Positions 19,990 through 29,310 of a DNA stretch of 64,000 nucleotides are shown here, piece after piece (the stretch's first letter is position 1; every line of letters starts with the position of its first letter). Origin of the DNA: Halorarum halobium (GTDB taxonomy: Archaea; Halobacteriota; Halobacteria; Halobacteriales; Haloferacaceae). Location of the stretch: assembly GCF_032116555.1 (NCBI RefSeq), contig NZ_CP134949.1, positions 3,224,001 to 3,288,000 on the forward strand. Reading direction: 5' to 3'. The notes below the pieces were generated by a model that saw only the letters and a program-made list of their open reading frames with translations, was not told the DNA's origin and did no database searches. A program made the translations under genes and the position numbers.

Positions 19990-20439
19990 CTATCGTCCGC
20001 CTCGCCCGCCGCGGCGGCCGCTCGACTCGTCCTGCCCGAGCGCCTTCTTCAGGAAGCGCATCCAGCGCTTCCGGTCCATCGCCTCCTGACGTTCGGCCTC
20101 CGCCTCGACGTCGCCGGACCTGAGCCCTTCGAGCGCTTCCAGCGCACGGTCGATGCCGATGACGCCCGCGACGAGTTCCTCGCCCGTGGCGAAGTCGACC
20201 TCGTTCTCCTCGATGGGTTCGAGCCGCTCGATGCGCTCGCGGCGGAGGTTTCGCTTGGCCCGCTCGACGCGCTCACGTTCCCCGTCGGGGACGGTGTCGC
20301 GGCGCTTGATCTCGAAGACGAACTCCCGCAGGTTGATCTGCTCCCCCTGGATCTCGATCTCGTCAGGGATGTCCGCGCCGATGGTGGCGGTCTCGCGGTT
20401 GACGCGTTCGAGGAGCTGCTTCTGTTCGTAGGGCTGCAC
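19990..20439 (-). CDS. Conserved archaeal hypothetical protein (polX neighbour)
   Basis: 149-aa charged helical ORF immediately upstream of polX. Confidence 0.8.
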   Translation of the reverse strand: MQPYEQKQLLERVNRETATIGADIPDEIEIQGEQINLREFVFEIKRRDTVPDGERERVERAKRNLRRERIERLEPIEENEVDFATGEELVAGVIGIDRALEALEGLRSGDVEAEAERQEAMDRKRWMRFLKKALGQDESSGRRGGRGGR

Positions 20440-20560
20440 TTCTGGTACTGGGTTCGCGGTTCAGGGGTTTTTGTGTGTCGTTGCTCGTTCGGTTCTGCCG
20501 GGGACGTTGGGTCACTGGGTTGACGACCGTCTTGAAGGTCCCCACGGCTCTCGGCTTGAG

Positions 20561-21318
20561 AGTTGGTTCGGTTGGTGTGGCGACCGCCTCGAAAGCCCCC
20601 GCGGCGCTCGACTCGGTGCGGCCGCTGCGCTCCTGTCGTTCGAAAGGCGCTTTGCGCCTTTCGTGATGCCGTCGGATTCCGGTGGAATCCGACTGCTGAC
20701 GGGAAACCACCGGTTTCCCGTACTGACGAAAATCTTCGATTTTCGAACCACGGTGCTTGACGGTCCGCGCCGACGGAAGACTCGCTGCGCTCGACTTCCG
20801 AATTCTCGTTCGTTCCTGCATCGCTCACGAGAACGTCCCCGAGAACCGCGGCCCCTTTCAGTCCCACCCACACCGCACGGCACCGCCCAGCACCTCATCC
20901 TCCCCAGCCTCCTGCGCTCCTCGGCACGCTCACGCCGTTCGCGAGCCTGCGGTGCTCGTCCCTCGCGCGAGTTGGCCGCGCATGAAGCGCGGCCACCGCG
21001 CGCCACGTGGCTTGCCTACCCGAGTGCGGTGGCGCGTGCCGGCGGGCCTCAGTGCCCGCCGGATGCGCGCGAGGGATGAGTGAAGGGAGGCGAGCGGAGC
21101 GAGGCGACCGAGCGAATCGGCTGGGGAGGCGTGTGGCTGTGCCGTGCGGTGCGGTGACGGTGGGTGGGACTGAAAGGGGCCGGCTGGGTACGCGAACCCC
21201 GGACCCGCAAGCACCGGAAGGAGCGAACGTAGTGAGCGGCTGAGGAGCGCAGCGCGGTCCGCGGGAGCGTACCCAGCCGGGGGCTTTCGAGGCAGTCGCC
21301 ACACCAACCGAACCAGCT
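20561..21318. mobile_element. Composite non-coding palindromic element (MITE/REP-like) with 40-bp terminal inverted repeats
   Basis: AGTTGGTTCGGTTGGTGTGGCGACCGCCTCGAAAGCCCCC (20561-20600) matches the reverse complement of 21279-21318 with 2 mismatches; two inverted internal modules; no credible ORF. Confidence 0.7.
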
Positions 21319-21492
21319 ATCGAACCGGGCGCGGAGGGTAATTCGGCGGCCGGCACCGCGATACTGCCCGACGGAACTCCGTCCAACCGAAATCAGACGA
21401 CTCCCTCACGGGCGAGTAAGCCTCCGAAACCCGAACCCGACGAACCCGAAACACCCGAATCCTTAATGAGCGCACGGCGAATTCACCTACCC

Positions 21493-23196
21493 ATGTACGA
21501 CGAGGAGGACCTCGCCGAGATCCGCGAGGCCCGCGAGGAGTGGGAGGCCGAGACCCGCGACCCGGCGCTCGACGCCCACGGCGAGCGGAAGGAGCGGTTC
21601 GCCACCGTCTCGAACCTCGAGATCGAGGACCTCTACACGCCCGAGGACGTCGCCGACGTCGACTACGACGAGGACATCGGCTTCCCCGGCGAGGAGCCGT
21701 ACACCCGCGGCCCGTACCCGACGATGTACCGCGGGCGGACGTGGACGATGCGCCAGTTCGCGGGCTTTGGCACCGCCGAGGAGACGAACGAACGCTTCCA
21801 CTATCTCATCGAGAACGGCCAGACCGGCCTCTCGACGGCGTTCGACATGCCCTCGCTGATGGGCAAGGACTCGGACGACCCGCTCTCGGACGGCGAGGTC
21901 GGCAAGGAGGGCGTCGCGGTCGACACGCTGCGCGACATGGAGATCCTCTTCGACGGCATCGACGTCGGCGACGTCTCCACCTCGTTCACGATCAACCCGA
22001 GCGCGCCCGTCATCTTCGCCATGTACGTCGCGCTCGCGGACCAGCAGGGCGTCCCCCGCGAGCAACTGCGGGGCACCTTCCAGAACGACATGCTGAAGGA
22101 GTTCATCGCCCAGAAGGAGTGGGTCATCCCGCCCGAGCCGTCGCTCGATCTGGTCACCGACACCGTCGAGTTCGCCATCGACCAGACGCCGGGCATCTAC
22201 CCCATCTCGGTGTCGGGCTACCACATCCGGGAGGCCGGCTCGACCGCGGTCCAGGAGCTCGCCTTCACCCTCGCGGACGGCTTCGCGTACGTGGAGGACG
22301 CCCGGGAGCGCGGGCTCGACGTCGACGAGGTCGCGCCACAGCTCTCCTTCTTCTTCAACTCGCACAACTCCATCTTCGAGGAGGTCGCCAAGTTCCGCGC
22401 CGCACGGCGCGTCTACGCCCGGATCATGGACGAGTGGTACGGCGCGGAGGCCGAGGCGGCAAAGCGGCTAAAGTTCCACACCCAGACGGCCGGCCAGTCG
22501 CTCACGGCCCAGCAGCCGCTCAACAACATCGTCCGCGTCACCATCCAGGCGCTCGCGGGCGTGCTCGGCGGGACGCAGTCGCTGCACACGAACTCCTTCG
22601 ACGAGGCGCTCGCGCTGCCCGGCGAGGAGGCCGTCCGCGTGGCGCTGCGCACCCAGCAGATCATCGCCGAGGAGTCGGGTGCGGCCGACTCGGTCGACCC
22701 GCTCGCCGGCTCGTTCATGGTCGAGTCCCTGACCGACCAGGTCGCAGAGCGGACGATGGACTACCTGGAGGAACTCAGGGGGATGGGCGACGGCTCGGTC
22801 AGGGACGGCGTGCTGGCCGGCATCGAGCAGGGCTTCTTCCACCGCGAGATCCAGGAGGCGTCCTACGAGTACCAGGAGCGCGTCGAGGAGGGCGAGGAGG
22901 TCGTCGTCGGCGTCAACAAGTACGCCGTCGACGAGGACCCGGACACGGACCTGCTCCACGTCGACGAGGAGACACAGGAGCGCCAGCTCGACCGGCTCGC
23001 CGAGGTGAAAGCCGAGCGCGACGACGACGCGGTCGAGGCGGCGCTCGCGGAGCTGGACGAGGCCATCGAGCACGACGAGAACGTCATGCCGGTGCTCGTC
23101 GACGCCGTGAAGACGTACGCGACGATGGGCGAGATCATGGACGTGTTCGAGCGCCACTACGGCGCGTACCGCGAGAAGATCGGACTCGCGTCGTAA
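21493..23196 (+). CDS. Methylmalonyl-CoA mutase, large (substrate-binding) subunit
   Basis: PYTRGPYPTMY..WTMRQFAGF, ISVSGYHIREAG and QSLHTNSFDEA motifs; no B12-binding domain. Confidence 0.95.
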   Translation: MYDEEDLAEIREAREEWEAETRDPALDAHGERKERFATVSNLEIEDLYTPEDVADVDYDEDIGFPGEEPYTRGPYPTMYRGRTWTMRQFAGFGTAEETNERFHYLIENGQTGLSTAFDMPSLMGKDSDDPLSDGEVGKEGVAVDTLRDMEILFDGIDVGDVSTSFTINPSAPVIFAMYVALADQQGVPREQLRGTFQNDMLKEFIAQKEWVIPPEPSLDLVTDTVEFAIDQTPGIYPISVSGYHIREAGSTAVQELAFTLADGFAYVEDARERGLDVDEVAPQLSFFFNSHNSIFEEVAKFRAARRVYARIMDEWYGAEAEAAKRLKFHTQTAGQSLTAQQPLNNIVRVTIQALAGVLGGTQSLHTNSFDEALALPGEEAVRVALRTQQIIAEESGAADSVDPLAGSFMVESLTDQVAERTMDYLEELRGMGDGSVRDGVLAGIEQGFFHREIQEASYEYQERVEEGEEVVVGVNKYAVDEDPDTDLLHVDEETQERQLDRLAEVKAERDDDAVEAALAELDEAIEHDENVMPVLVDAVKTYATMGEIMDVFERHYGAYREKIGLAS

Positions 23197-23471
23197 GACC
23201 GGCCGTCGCTGACAGGACCGTTCTTCGAGAAGCGGGTCGGGTTGTCTGCTGGCCCGGGTCCGAGGCGATGGTCCAGCGAGGGTGGACGTGTCAGAGTGCC
23301 GTCCGTCAGGTCCGAGGTTCGTCGCGGGACCACGTCCGGTCGGGCGGGAGTCGAGTCGCCCGCGCCGGACGACCAGCAGCGCCGCACGATGCGGCGACGG
23401 CCGTGGTACGTCGGCCGTCGACCCGCACGTGTGGATCGACCGGTGCGCCTAATCAGGATTGTCCGACCTCT

Positions 23472-23496
23472 CTCCGAATTCTCCCCAAAATCCGTC
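23472..23496. promoter_or_regulatory. Putative operator motif, copy 1
   Basis: CTCCGAATTCTCCCCAAAATCCGTC is 22/25 identical to 54606-54630; partial inverted copy at 23696-23716. Confidence 0.5.
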
Positions 23497-23562
23497 GAAA
23501 CTCCCACGAAGAACCGGGTCGTGTCGGTGGACTTACGAGCACGCCGACTGCAGGCACGCTCG

Positions 23563-23682
23563 ATGGAGGGCGTGCTGTGGTACGTGCTGACCGGGACACG
23601 CGGGGGCGAGAACCGCGTTCGTATCCTCCGCGCGCGACGGTACTGGGAGACGGTCGAGAAAATCATGGAGCGGGTCTGGTGA
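23563..23682 (+). pseudogene. Internally deleted ArsR-like winged-HTH regulator
   Basis: MEGVLWYVLTGTRGGENRVRILRA is joined directly to the C-terminal RRYWETVEKIME; the HTH core is missing. Confidence 0.7.
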
Positions 23683-23731
23683 CGCTGCACACGCCAATTT
23701 CGGAGAGAGTTTGCGGGGGCCACGGATATAG

Positions 23732-24046
23732 ATGGCGAGTGACATGAGTCTCCGGCTGACCGTGACGTGAGCCGCCGCGGTCCTCAACATCGTCCTCCTG
23801 CTGGGCCTGAGCTACGTCTGGGGCCGGAACTACTGGCGGATGCGGTCGAAACACACGCTGGGGCTCGCGGCGTTCGCGGTCGTCCTCCTCGCGGAGAACG
23901 CGCTCGCGCTGTACATCTTCTACTGGGACCCCGTGTTGAGCGACTGGATCGCCTCGTCGGCGCCCGTCGCCCACCGGGCCGTCGGCGCGCTTCGGCTGTT
24001 CGAGTTCGTCGCCATCGCGGCGCTGACCTGGGTCACCTGGGACTGA
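23732..24046 (+). pseudogene. Three-TM membrane protein gene with an in-frame TGA
   Basis: Frame from ATG 23732 is interrupted by TGA at 23768-23770; the rest is clearly paralogous to intact 53135..53440 (VWGRNY...KH.LGL..F...LLAENA). Confidence 0.75.
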
Positions 24047-24098
24047 CTCCCCGACCGCCCGCGGGCTCTTCTGCCGCGTTCGCCGTACGACCGACGAG

Positions 24099-24908
24099 TC
24101 ACCGGAACACGTCGCCCGCGGTCCCGCCGTCGGCGCTCGCGCCGCTGCCGAACCGGAACCCGCCCGAATCCTCCTCGACGGTCATGCCGAGCATGTCCGG
24201 GCGGCGACGGAGCGAGTCGGCGACGGCGCGATAGCCGTTCGCCGCCTCGCTGTCGGGCGCGTACGCCACCGCCGGCTGGCCCGCGTCCTGTGACTCCGGA
24301 ATCGTCTCGTCGTGCGGGATGTGCCCGAGCAGGGGCGCGTCGAGGAAGGTGGCGATGCGTTTGGCCGGCGGCGACCGGCCGGTGCCCGACTTCGTGAGGA
24401 CGACGCCGCCGACGGGTGCGTCCGCCCGCTCGGCGACGGTCATCGTCTTGTCCGCGTCGCGCACCGACGCGACCCTGGGGGTCGAGACGAGCACCGAGGC
24501 GTCCGCGAGCCCCATGGGCACGACCGTCTCGCGGCTGACGCCCGCGCCGGTGTCGACGACGACGACGTCGTAGCGGGCCTTCAGCGCGTCGAGCGCGCCG
24601 GGAAAACGGTCGACGTCGGCGTTCACGAACCCGTCCAGCTCCGTGCCGCTCGGCACCACGTCGAACCCGCCCGGGGCGGGGTAGGTGGCCTCGACCACGC
24701 CGGTCGCGCCCGCGAGCACGTCGTGGAACGTCCGCCCGTCCGCCAGCTCGACGTCGAGAAAGTCGACCGCGTTCGCCATCGCCAGGTCGGCCTCCACCAC
24801 GGCGACGGCCCGGCCGTCCTCCGCGAGCGCGGCCGCGAGATTGAGACTCGTCGTCGTCTTGCCGACGCCGCCCTTCGCGCCGACGACGGCGAGTACCCGT
24901 CCGTCCAT
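24099..24908 (-). CDS. minD: MinD/ParA-family ATPase
   Basis: Deviant Walker A AKGGVGKTT, EADLAMAN and VDTGAG motifs. Confidence 0.85.
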   Translation of the reverse strand: MDGRVLAVVGAKGGVGKTTTSLNLAAALAEDGRAVAVVEADLAMANAVDFLDVELADGRTFHDVLAGATGVVEATYPAPGGFDVVPSGTELDGFVNADVDRFPGALDALKARYDVVVVDTGAGVSRETVVPMGLADASVLVSTPRVASVRDADKTMTVAERADAPVGGVVLTKSGTGRSPPAKRIATFLDAPLLGHIPHDETIPESQDAGQPAVAYAPDSEAANGYRAVADSLRRRPDMLGMTVEEDSGGFRFGSGASADGGTAGDVFR

Positions 24909-25083
24909 GCACACGTTCGGACGACGACGGTGCTTAAATTGTGATGGGCAGAGTATCGGAACTGATACCGATCCGGCGGCGCCGGCGGGCGCGACTCGAA
25001 AAGCACGCCGCGTGCACGGTGTGATTCAGCGGTCCGCCGCGTGCACGGTGCGATTCGACGGTCGGCCGTGATCCCGGTACGGT

Positions 25084-25857
25084 TCAGAGGTACGCCGCGT
25101 CCCACCTGGTCGGCTTGCGTCGGTTGCCGCAGTTGCCACACTCGACGGTCCCCATCGAGTCCACGAGCGCCGACGTGCTCTCGCAGTTCCCGCAGAGGTA
25201 GCCCTCGCGGGTCGTCCGCTCGGCGTCCGTGTACGTCGGGTAGAACGGCCCCTTGGAGGCGCGCTCGGCCTCGTCGTAGGCGACCGAGAGCGTTCGCCCG
25301 TCCGCGGTCTCGTGCTCCCCGGTGACCGTGGTGTCACCGTCGCCGTCGGTGAACTTCACGTATCGGCGCTCGCGGAACGTTTCGCCGCCGATCTCCACGT
25401 CCCGCTCGGCCCCCTCGGTGAACCCCTCGTCAGCGTAGAACGTCGTGCCGGACTCGTTCTCGACGAGGACGCGACCCTCGATGCGCGTGGCACCACGATC
25501 CAGCAGTTCCGTCTCAACGTGCCGGAGGAGGTCGGTGCCGATGCCACGGCCGCGGTGGTCAGGGTCGACGTGGAGCCAGTCGATCTCGCTGACCGGGTCC
25601 TCCCGGTCGATGAAGTAGCTCTGGACGAAACCGACCACCTCGTCGTCTCCCCCGTCCTCACTCCTCTCGACGGCCACGACGAAGACGGCGTCCTCGTCGG
25701 TCAGTTCCGCGGAGAGGTCGTCGCTCTCGTACCAGGTCTCCACGGCGTCCTCGATCGCCTCCCCGGAGAGCGCGTGGCCGTAGGACGCGTCGAGCGACCT
25801 GCGGGCAACGGTCCGGATTGCGTCCACGTCCCCGGCGGTTGCGGCACGTAGCTCCAT
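25084..25857 (-). CDS. GNAT acetyltransferase with C-terminal zinc-ribbon domain
   Basis: HVDPDHRGRGIG motif A; C-terminal CGNC...CGNCGN..KPTRWDAAYL. Confidence 0.88.
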   Translation of the reverse strand: MELRAATAGDVDAIRTVARRSLDASYGHALSGEAIEDAVETWYESDDLSAELTDEDAVFVVAVERSEDGGDDEVVGFVQSYFIDREDPVSEIDWLHVDPDHRGRGIGTDLLRHVETELLDRGATRIEGRVLVENESGTTFYADEGFTEGAERDVEIGGETFRERRYVKFTDGDGDTTVTGEHETADGRTLSVAYDEAERASKGPFYPTYTDAERTTREGYLCGNCESTSALVDSMGTVECGNCGNRRKPTRWDAAYL

Positions 25858-25977
25858 GTGTGCCACGTTAGCATGGGAAGGGCCTAAAGTATGCGGCGCC
25901 TTCCCGGTACGGTGTGAGGTCGGGCGTCGCTGCCGCGAGCCGTGCCACTATGTACCAGGGGCGTGAGGTCACGCCCG

Positions 25978-26652
25978 ATGAGCGAGACGCTCTGTTTCGA
26001 CATGTACGGGACGCTGTGTGACACGAGCAGCGTCCGTGAGGCGCTCGCCGCCGAACTCGCGGTTCCGGAGGCGCTGGTGGCGGAACTCGACGCGACGTGG
26101 CGGTCGGAACAGCTCCAGTACTCGTATCAGACGGCGCTGATGGACGAGTACCGGCCCTTCTGGGACGTCACCGCGGACGCGCTCGCGTACGCGCTCGACC
26201 AGTGGGACGTCGAGGCCGACGAGCCGACCCGCGAGCGCGTGCTGGACGCGTACAACCACCTCGACCCGTTCCCGGCCGCCGTCGAGACGCTGACCCGGCT
26301 CTCGGAGGCGGGCCACACGGTGACGGTGCTCTCGAACGGCAACCCGGAGATGCTGGAGACGCTCGCGGGGAACGCCGGACTCGCGACCCACCTCGACGAG
26401 ATCATCAGCGCCGACGAGGTGTCGACGTTCAAGCCCGCGCCGGCGGTGTACGAGAACGCCGCCGAGCGGACCGGCCGCGACGTCGGCGACTGTCGGCTCG
26501 TCTCGGGGAACGCCTGGGACGTGGCCGGCGCGGGGGCGGCCGGGCTGGAGACGGCGTGGGTGAACCGCGGCAACGACCCGTTCGAACGCGTCGGCGTCGC
26601 CCCGTCACTGACGGTCCGCTCGCTCTCGGGAGTCGCCGACGAACTCGCCTGA
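25978..26652 (+). CDS. Haloacid dehalogenase type II (HAD superfamily)
   Basis: FDMYGTL, LSNGN, FKPAP.VY and VSGNAWDV motifs. Confidence 0.9.
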   Translation: MSETLCFDMYGTLCDTSSVREALAAELAVPEALVAELDATWRSEQLQYSYQTALMDEYRPFWDVTADALAYALDQWDVEADEPTRERVLDAYNHLDPFPAAVETLTRLSEAGHTVTVLSNGNPEMLETLAGNAGLATHLDEIISADEVSTFKPAPAVYENAAERTGRDVGDCRLVSGNAWDVAGAGAAGLETAWVNRGNDPFERVGVAPSLTVRSLSGVADELA

Positions 26653-26877
26653 CTCTCGTCCCGAGGGCCGCTCGGCCCCGTTCAGCGTCGACGGGGCTTC
26701 GCGGAGTGCTCACGATGGAACGTGTCGCCAGTTTATTACCTAATGGGCAGACTGAAACGACATGGGTGTGATAACCATTATCGTGGGGTTGATGGGGAAC
26801 GGATATTATCTATATTAACATCAACTAAGGGTATATGCACGGAACGTTCATTAACAACCTGTCCGCCGGTATGTCTC

Positions 26878-28233
26878 ATGGCACGGGATACCAGACCCAT
26901 GAACAGGCGAGACGTGCTCAAGGCATCCGGCGCCGCGGGGGCCGCCGGGATCGCAGGACTGGCGGGCTGTGCGGGCGTCGGCGGCGGCGGCGGCTCCGAG
27001 TATCCCGCGATCGGGAACTACCCCGTCGAGGGCGACGAGGTCGTCTTCGGCTACAACGTTCCGCAGTCGGGCTCGTACTCCCAGGAGGGGCAGGACGAAC
27101 TGCGCGGCTACCGGCTCGCCGAACAGCACCTGAACAACGGCGGCGGCTGGGTCGACGACTGGTCGGACCTCAGCGGCGACGGCGTCCTCGGCAAGACCGT
27201 CACGTCGGTCGAGGGCGACACGGCGACGAACCCCGACACCGCCCGACAGTCCGCACAGCGGATGATCGACCGGGACAACGCGATCATGATCTCCGGGGGG
27301 TCGTCCTCGGCGGTCGCCATCGCGGTCCAGTCGCTGTGTCAGGAGGAGAAGGTCCAGTTCCAGTGCTGTATCACGCACTCGAACGACACGACCGGACCCG
27401 AGTGTGTCCGCTACTCCTTCCGCGAGATGTTCAACGCGTACATGACCGGCCAGGCGCTCGCGCCGGTGGTCGCCGAGGAGTACGGGGACGACCTGAACTT
27501 CTACCAGCTGTACGCCGACTACTCGTGGGGCCAGACCCAGCAGGCCTCGATGGAGCAGTTCCTCACCGAGGCTGGCTGGTCCCAGATCGAGTCGGTGCCG
27601 ACGCCGCTCGGGACCTCCGACTACTCGTCGTACCTCTCGGACGTGCCCCGCGACGAGGCGGACGCGCTCATCCTCAACCACTACGGGCTGGACGGCGCGA
27701 ACTCGCTCCCGCAGGCGATCGAACAGGGGCTTGACCAGGACATGGAGGTCATCGTCCCGCTGTACAACCGGCTGATGGCCGAGGCGGCCGCAGACTCCAT
27801 CGGCGGCATCTTCGGGACGGCCGACTGGAACTGGAAGCTGGAGAACTCGGCGTCCCAGTCCTTCGTCGAGGCGTACCAGCAGGAACACGATCGCGTGCCC
27901 AGCTACGGGGCCCGCATCGCGTACGCGCAGACGCTCCAGTACGCGGCGGCCGCCGAGCGCGCCGGGACGTTCTACCCGCCGGAGGTCATCCGCGCCATGG
28001 AGGGGTACGAGTACGACAACGCGGGGCTCGGCAGCGAGACGATGCGCGGGTGCGACCACCAGGGACAGCGCGACGTGCTCGTCATGCGCGGGCTCCCGCC
28101 GGAGGAGCAGACCGAGGACAGCCTCCTGGAGCTCGTCAGCACGACCTCGCGTGACAACCTCGGCTACGGGTGTGACAGCGGTCCGGCCGCCGACTGTGAG
28201 CTCGGCGACTACGGCGACGAGGACAGCGGCTGA
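26878..28233 (+). CDS. ABC transporter substrate-binding lipoprotein (Liv/HAAT family), Tat-exported
   Basis: Twin-arginine NRRDVLK and lipobox LAGC; heads a liv-type operon. Confidence 0.9.
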   Translation: MARDTRPMNRRDVLKASGAAGAAGIAGLAGCAGVGGGGGSEYPAIGNYPVEGDEVVFGYNVPQSGSYSQEGQDELRGYRLAEQHLNNGGGWVDDWSDLSGDGVLGKTVTSVEGDTATNPDTARQSAQRMIDRDNAIMISGGSSSAVAIAVQSLCQEEKVQFQCCITHSNDTTGPECVRYSFREMFNAYMTGQALAPVVAEEYGDDLNFYQLYADYSWGQTQQASMEQFLTEAGWSQIESVPTPLGTSDYSSYLSDVPRDEADALILNHYGLDGANSLPQAIEQGLDQDMEVIVPLYNRLMAEAAADSIGGIFGTADWNWKLENSASQSFVEAYQQEHDRVPSYGARIAYAQTLQYAAAAERAGTFYPPEVIRAMEGYEYDNAGLGSETMRGCDHQGQRDVLVMRGLPPEEQTEDSLLELVSTTSRDNLGYGCDSGPAADCELGDYGDEDSG

Positions 28234-28353
28234 TCGGGCCGCCGGTCCGACGGGCCGGCACTTTATTCGACCGCAGGGCGAACCACGTCAACGAATGACG
28301 CCACCGACAACCACTCACAAGCGGACCCACACACCGGTCCTACACGAAGAATA

Positions 28354-29310
28354 ATGGTACTCTTACAGGTAGACATCGCATCGATACTCCTCAACGGCCT
28401 CCAGCAGGGCGCGATCTACGCGCTCCTGGGGATCGGCCTCACTATCATCCTCGGGACGATGGAGTTTCTCAACCTCGCTCACGGGGCGCTCTATCTCGTG
28501 GGCGCGTACGTTGGGCTACTGGTGTTCCGCGAGACGACCCTCTCGAGCGGGCTGTTGCACGGCGCGGGCATCACGACCATCGGCTTCGACGGCGGGTTCC
28601 TCGCCGCGATCGTCATCGTCCCCATCGTCGGCTTCGCGGTCGGGCTGCTCATGGAGCGGTTCGTCGCCGAGCCGTTCTACGACCGACCGGAGACCGACCA
28701 GCTCCTCGTGACGTTCGGGCTCGCTCTCATCGTCGAGGAGATCGTGAAACAGGTCATCGGGGGCAACACGTTTCAGCCGGTCAGCCCCTCGACGATCTTC
28801 GGCGTCAACGTCTCCCAGCCGGTGAGCCTGCCGGTCGTGGGGCTGTTCCCGTCCTGGCGGCTGTTCATCATCGGTATCGCGCTCCTGGTCATCGGACTGA
28901 CCTACATCGCGATCGAACGGACCGACTTCGGGCTGGTCGTGCAGGCGGGGACCCACGACTCCGAGATGGTCCGGCTGCTCGGCATCAAGATCACGCGCTC
29001 GTACAGCCTCGTGTTCGCGCTGGGGGCCGCGCTCGCGGCCTTTGCGGGCCTCATCGGCGTGTCGATCCAGACGATCAGCCCACAGATCGGCACCGAGCGC
29101 GCGCTGGTGCCCGCGTTCCTCACCATCGTCGTCGGCGGTGCCGGCTCCGTCCGCGGGGCGATCGCCGGCGGGCTCGTGCTCGGGGTGATCATCTCGGCGA
29201 TGACCCAGACGTACAGCCAGTGGGCACAGATCGTGCTCTACCTGTTCGTCGCGGCGATGCTCATCGTCAAGCCGGAGGGGCTGTTCGGCTCCGTGGAGGT
29301 GGGCGAGTGA
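28354..29310 (+). CDS. livH: Branched-chain amino acid-type ABC permease (LivH-like)
   Basis: GLTIILGTMEFLNLAHG and VVGGAGS motifs; multiple TM segments. Confidence 0.88.
   Translation: MVLLQVDIASILLNGLQQGAIYALLGIGLTIILGTMEFLNLAHGALYLVGAYVGLLVFRETTLSSGLLHGAGITTIGFDGGFLAAIVIVPIVGFAVGLLMERFVAEPFYDRPETDQLLVTFGLALIVEEIVKQVIGGNTFQPVSPSTIFGVNVSQPVSLPVVGLFPSWRLFIIGIALLVIGLTYIAIERTDFGLVVQAGTHDSEMVRLLGIKITRSYSLVFALGAALAAFAGLIGVSIQTISPQIGTERALVPAFLTIVVGGAGSVRGAIAGGLVLGVIISAMTQTYSQWAQIVLYLFVAAMLIVKPEGLFGSVEVGE

Noticed and set aside
20049..21386. ORFs overlapping the palindromic element as a possible transposase
   Set aside because: No DDE, HUH or RuvC motifs are visible; the translations are repeat-derived and basic.
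23768..23770. TGA as selenocysteine or programmed readthrough
   Set aside because: Haloarchaea are not known to use selenocysteine, the position is not a Cys site in the paralogue, and the neighbouring gene is also decayed.
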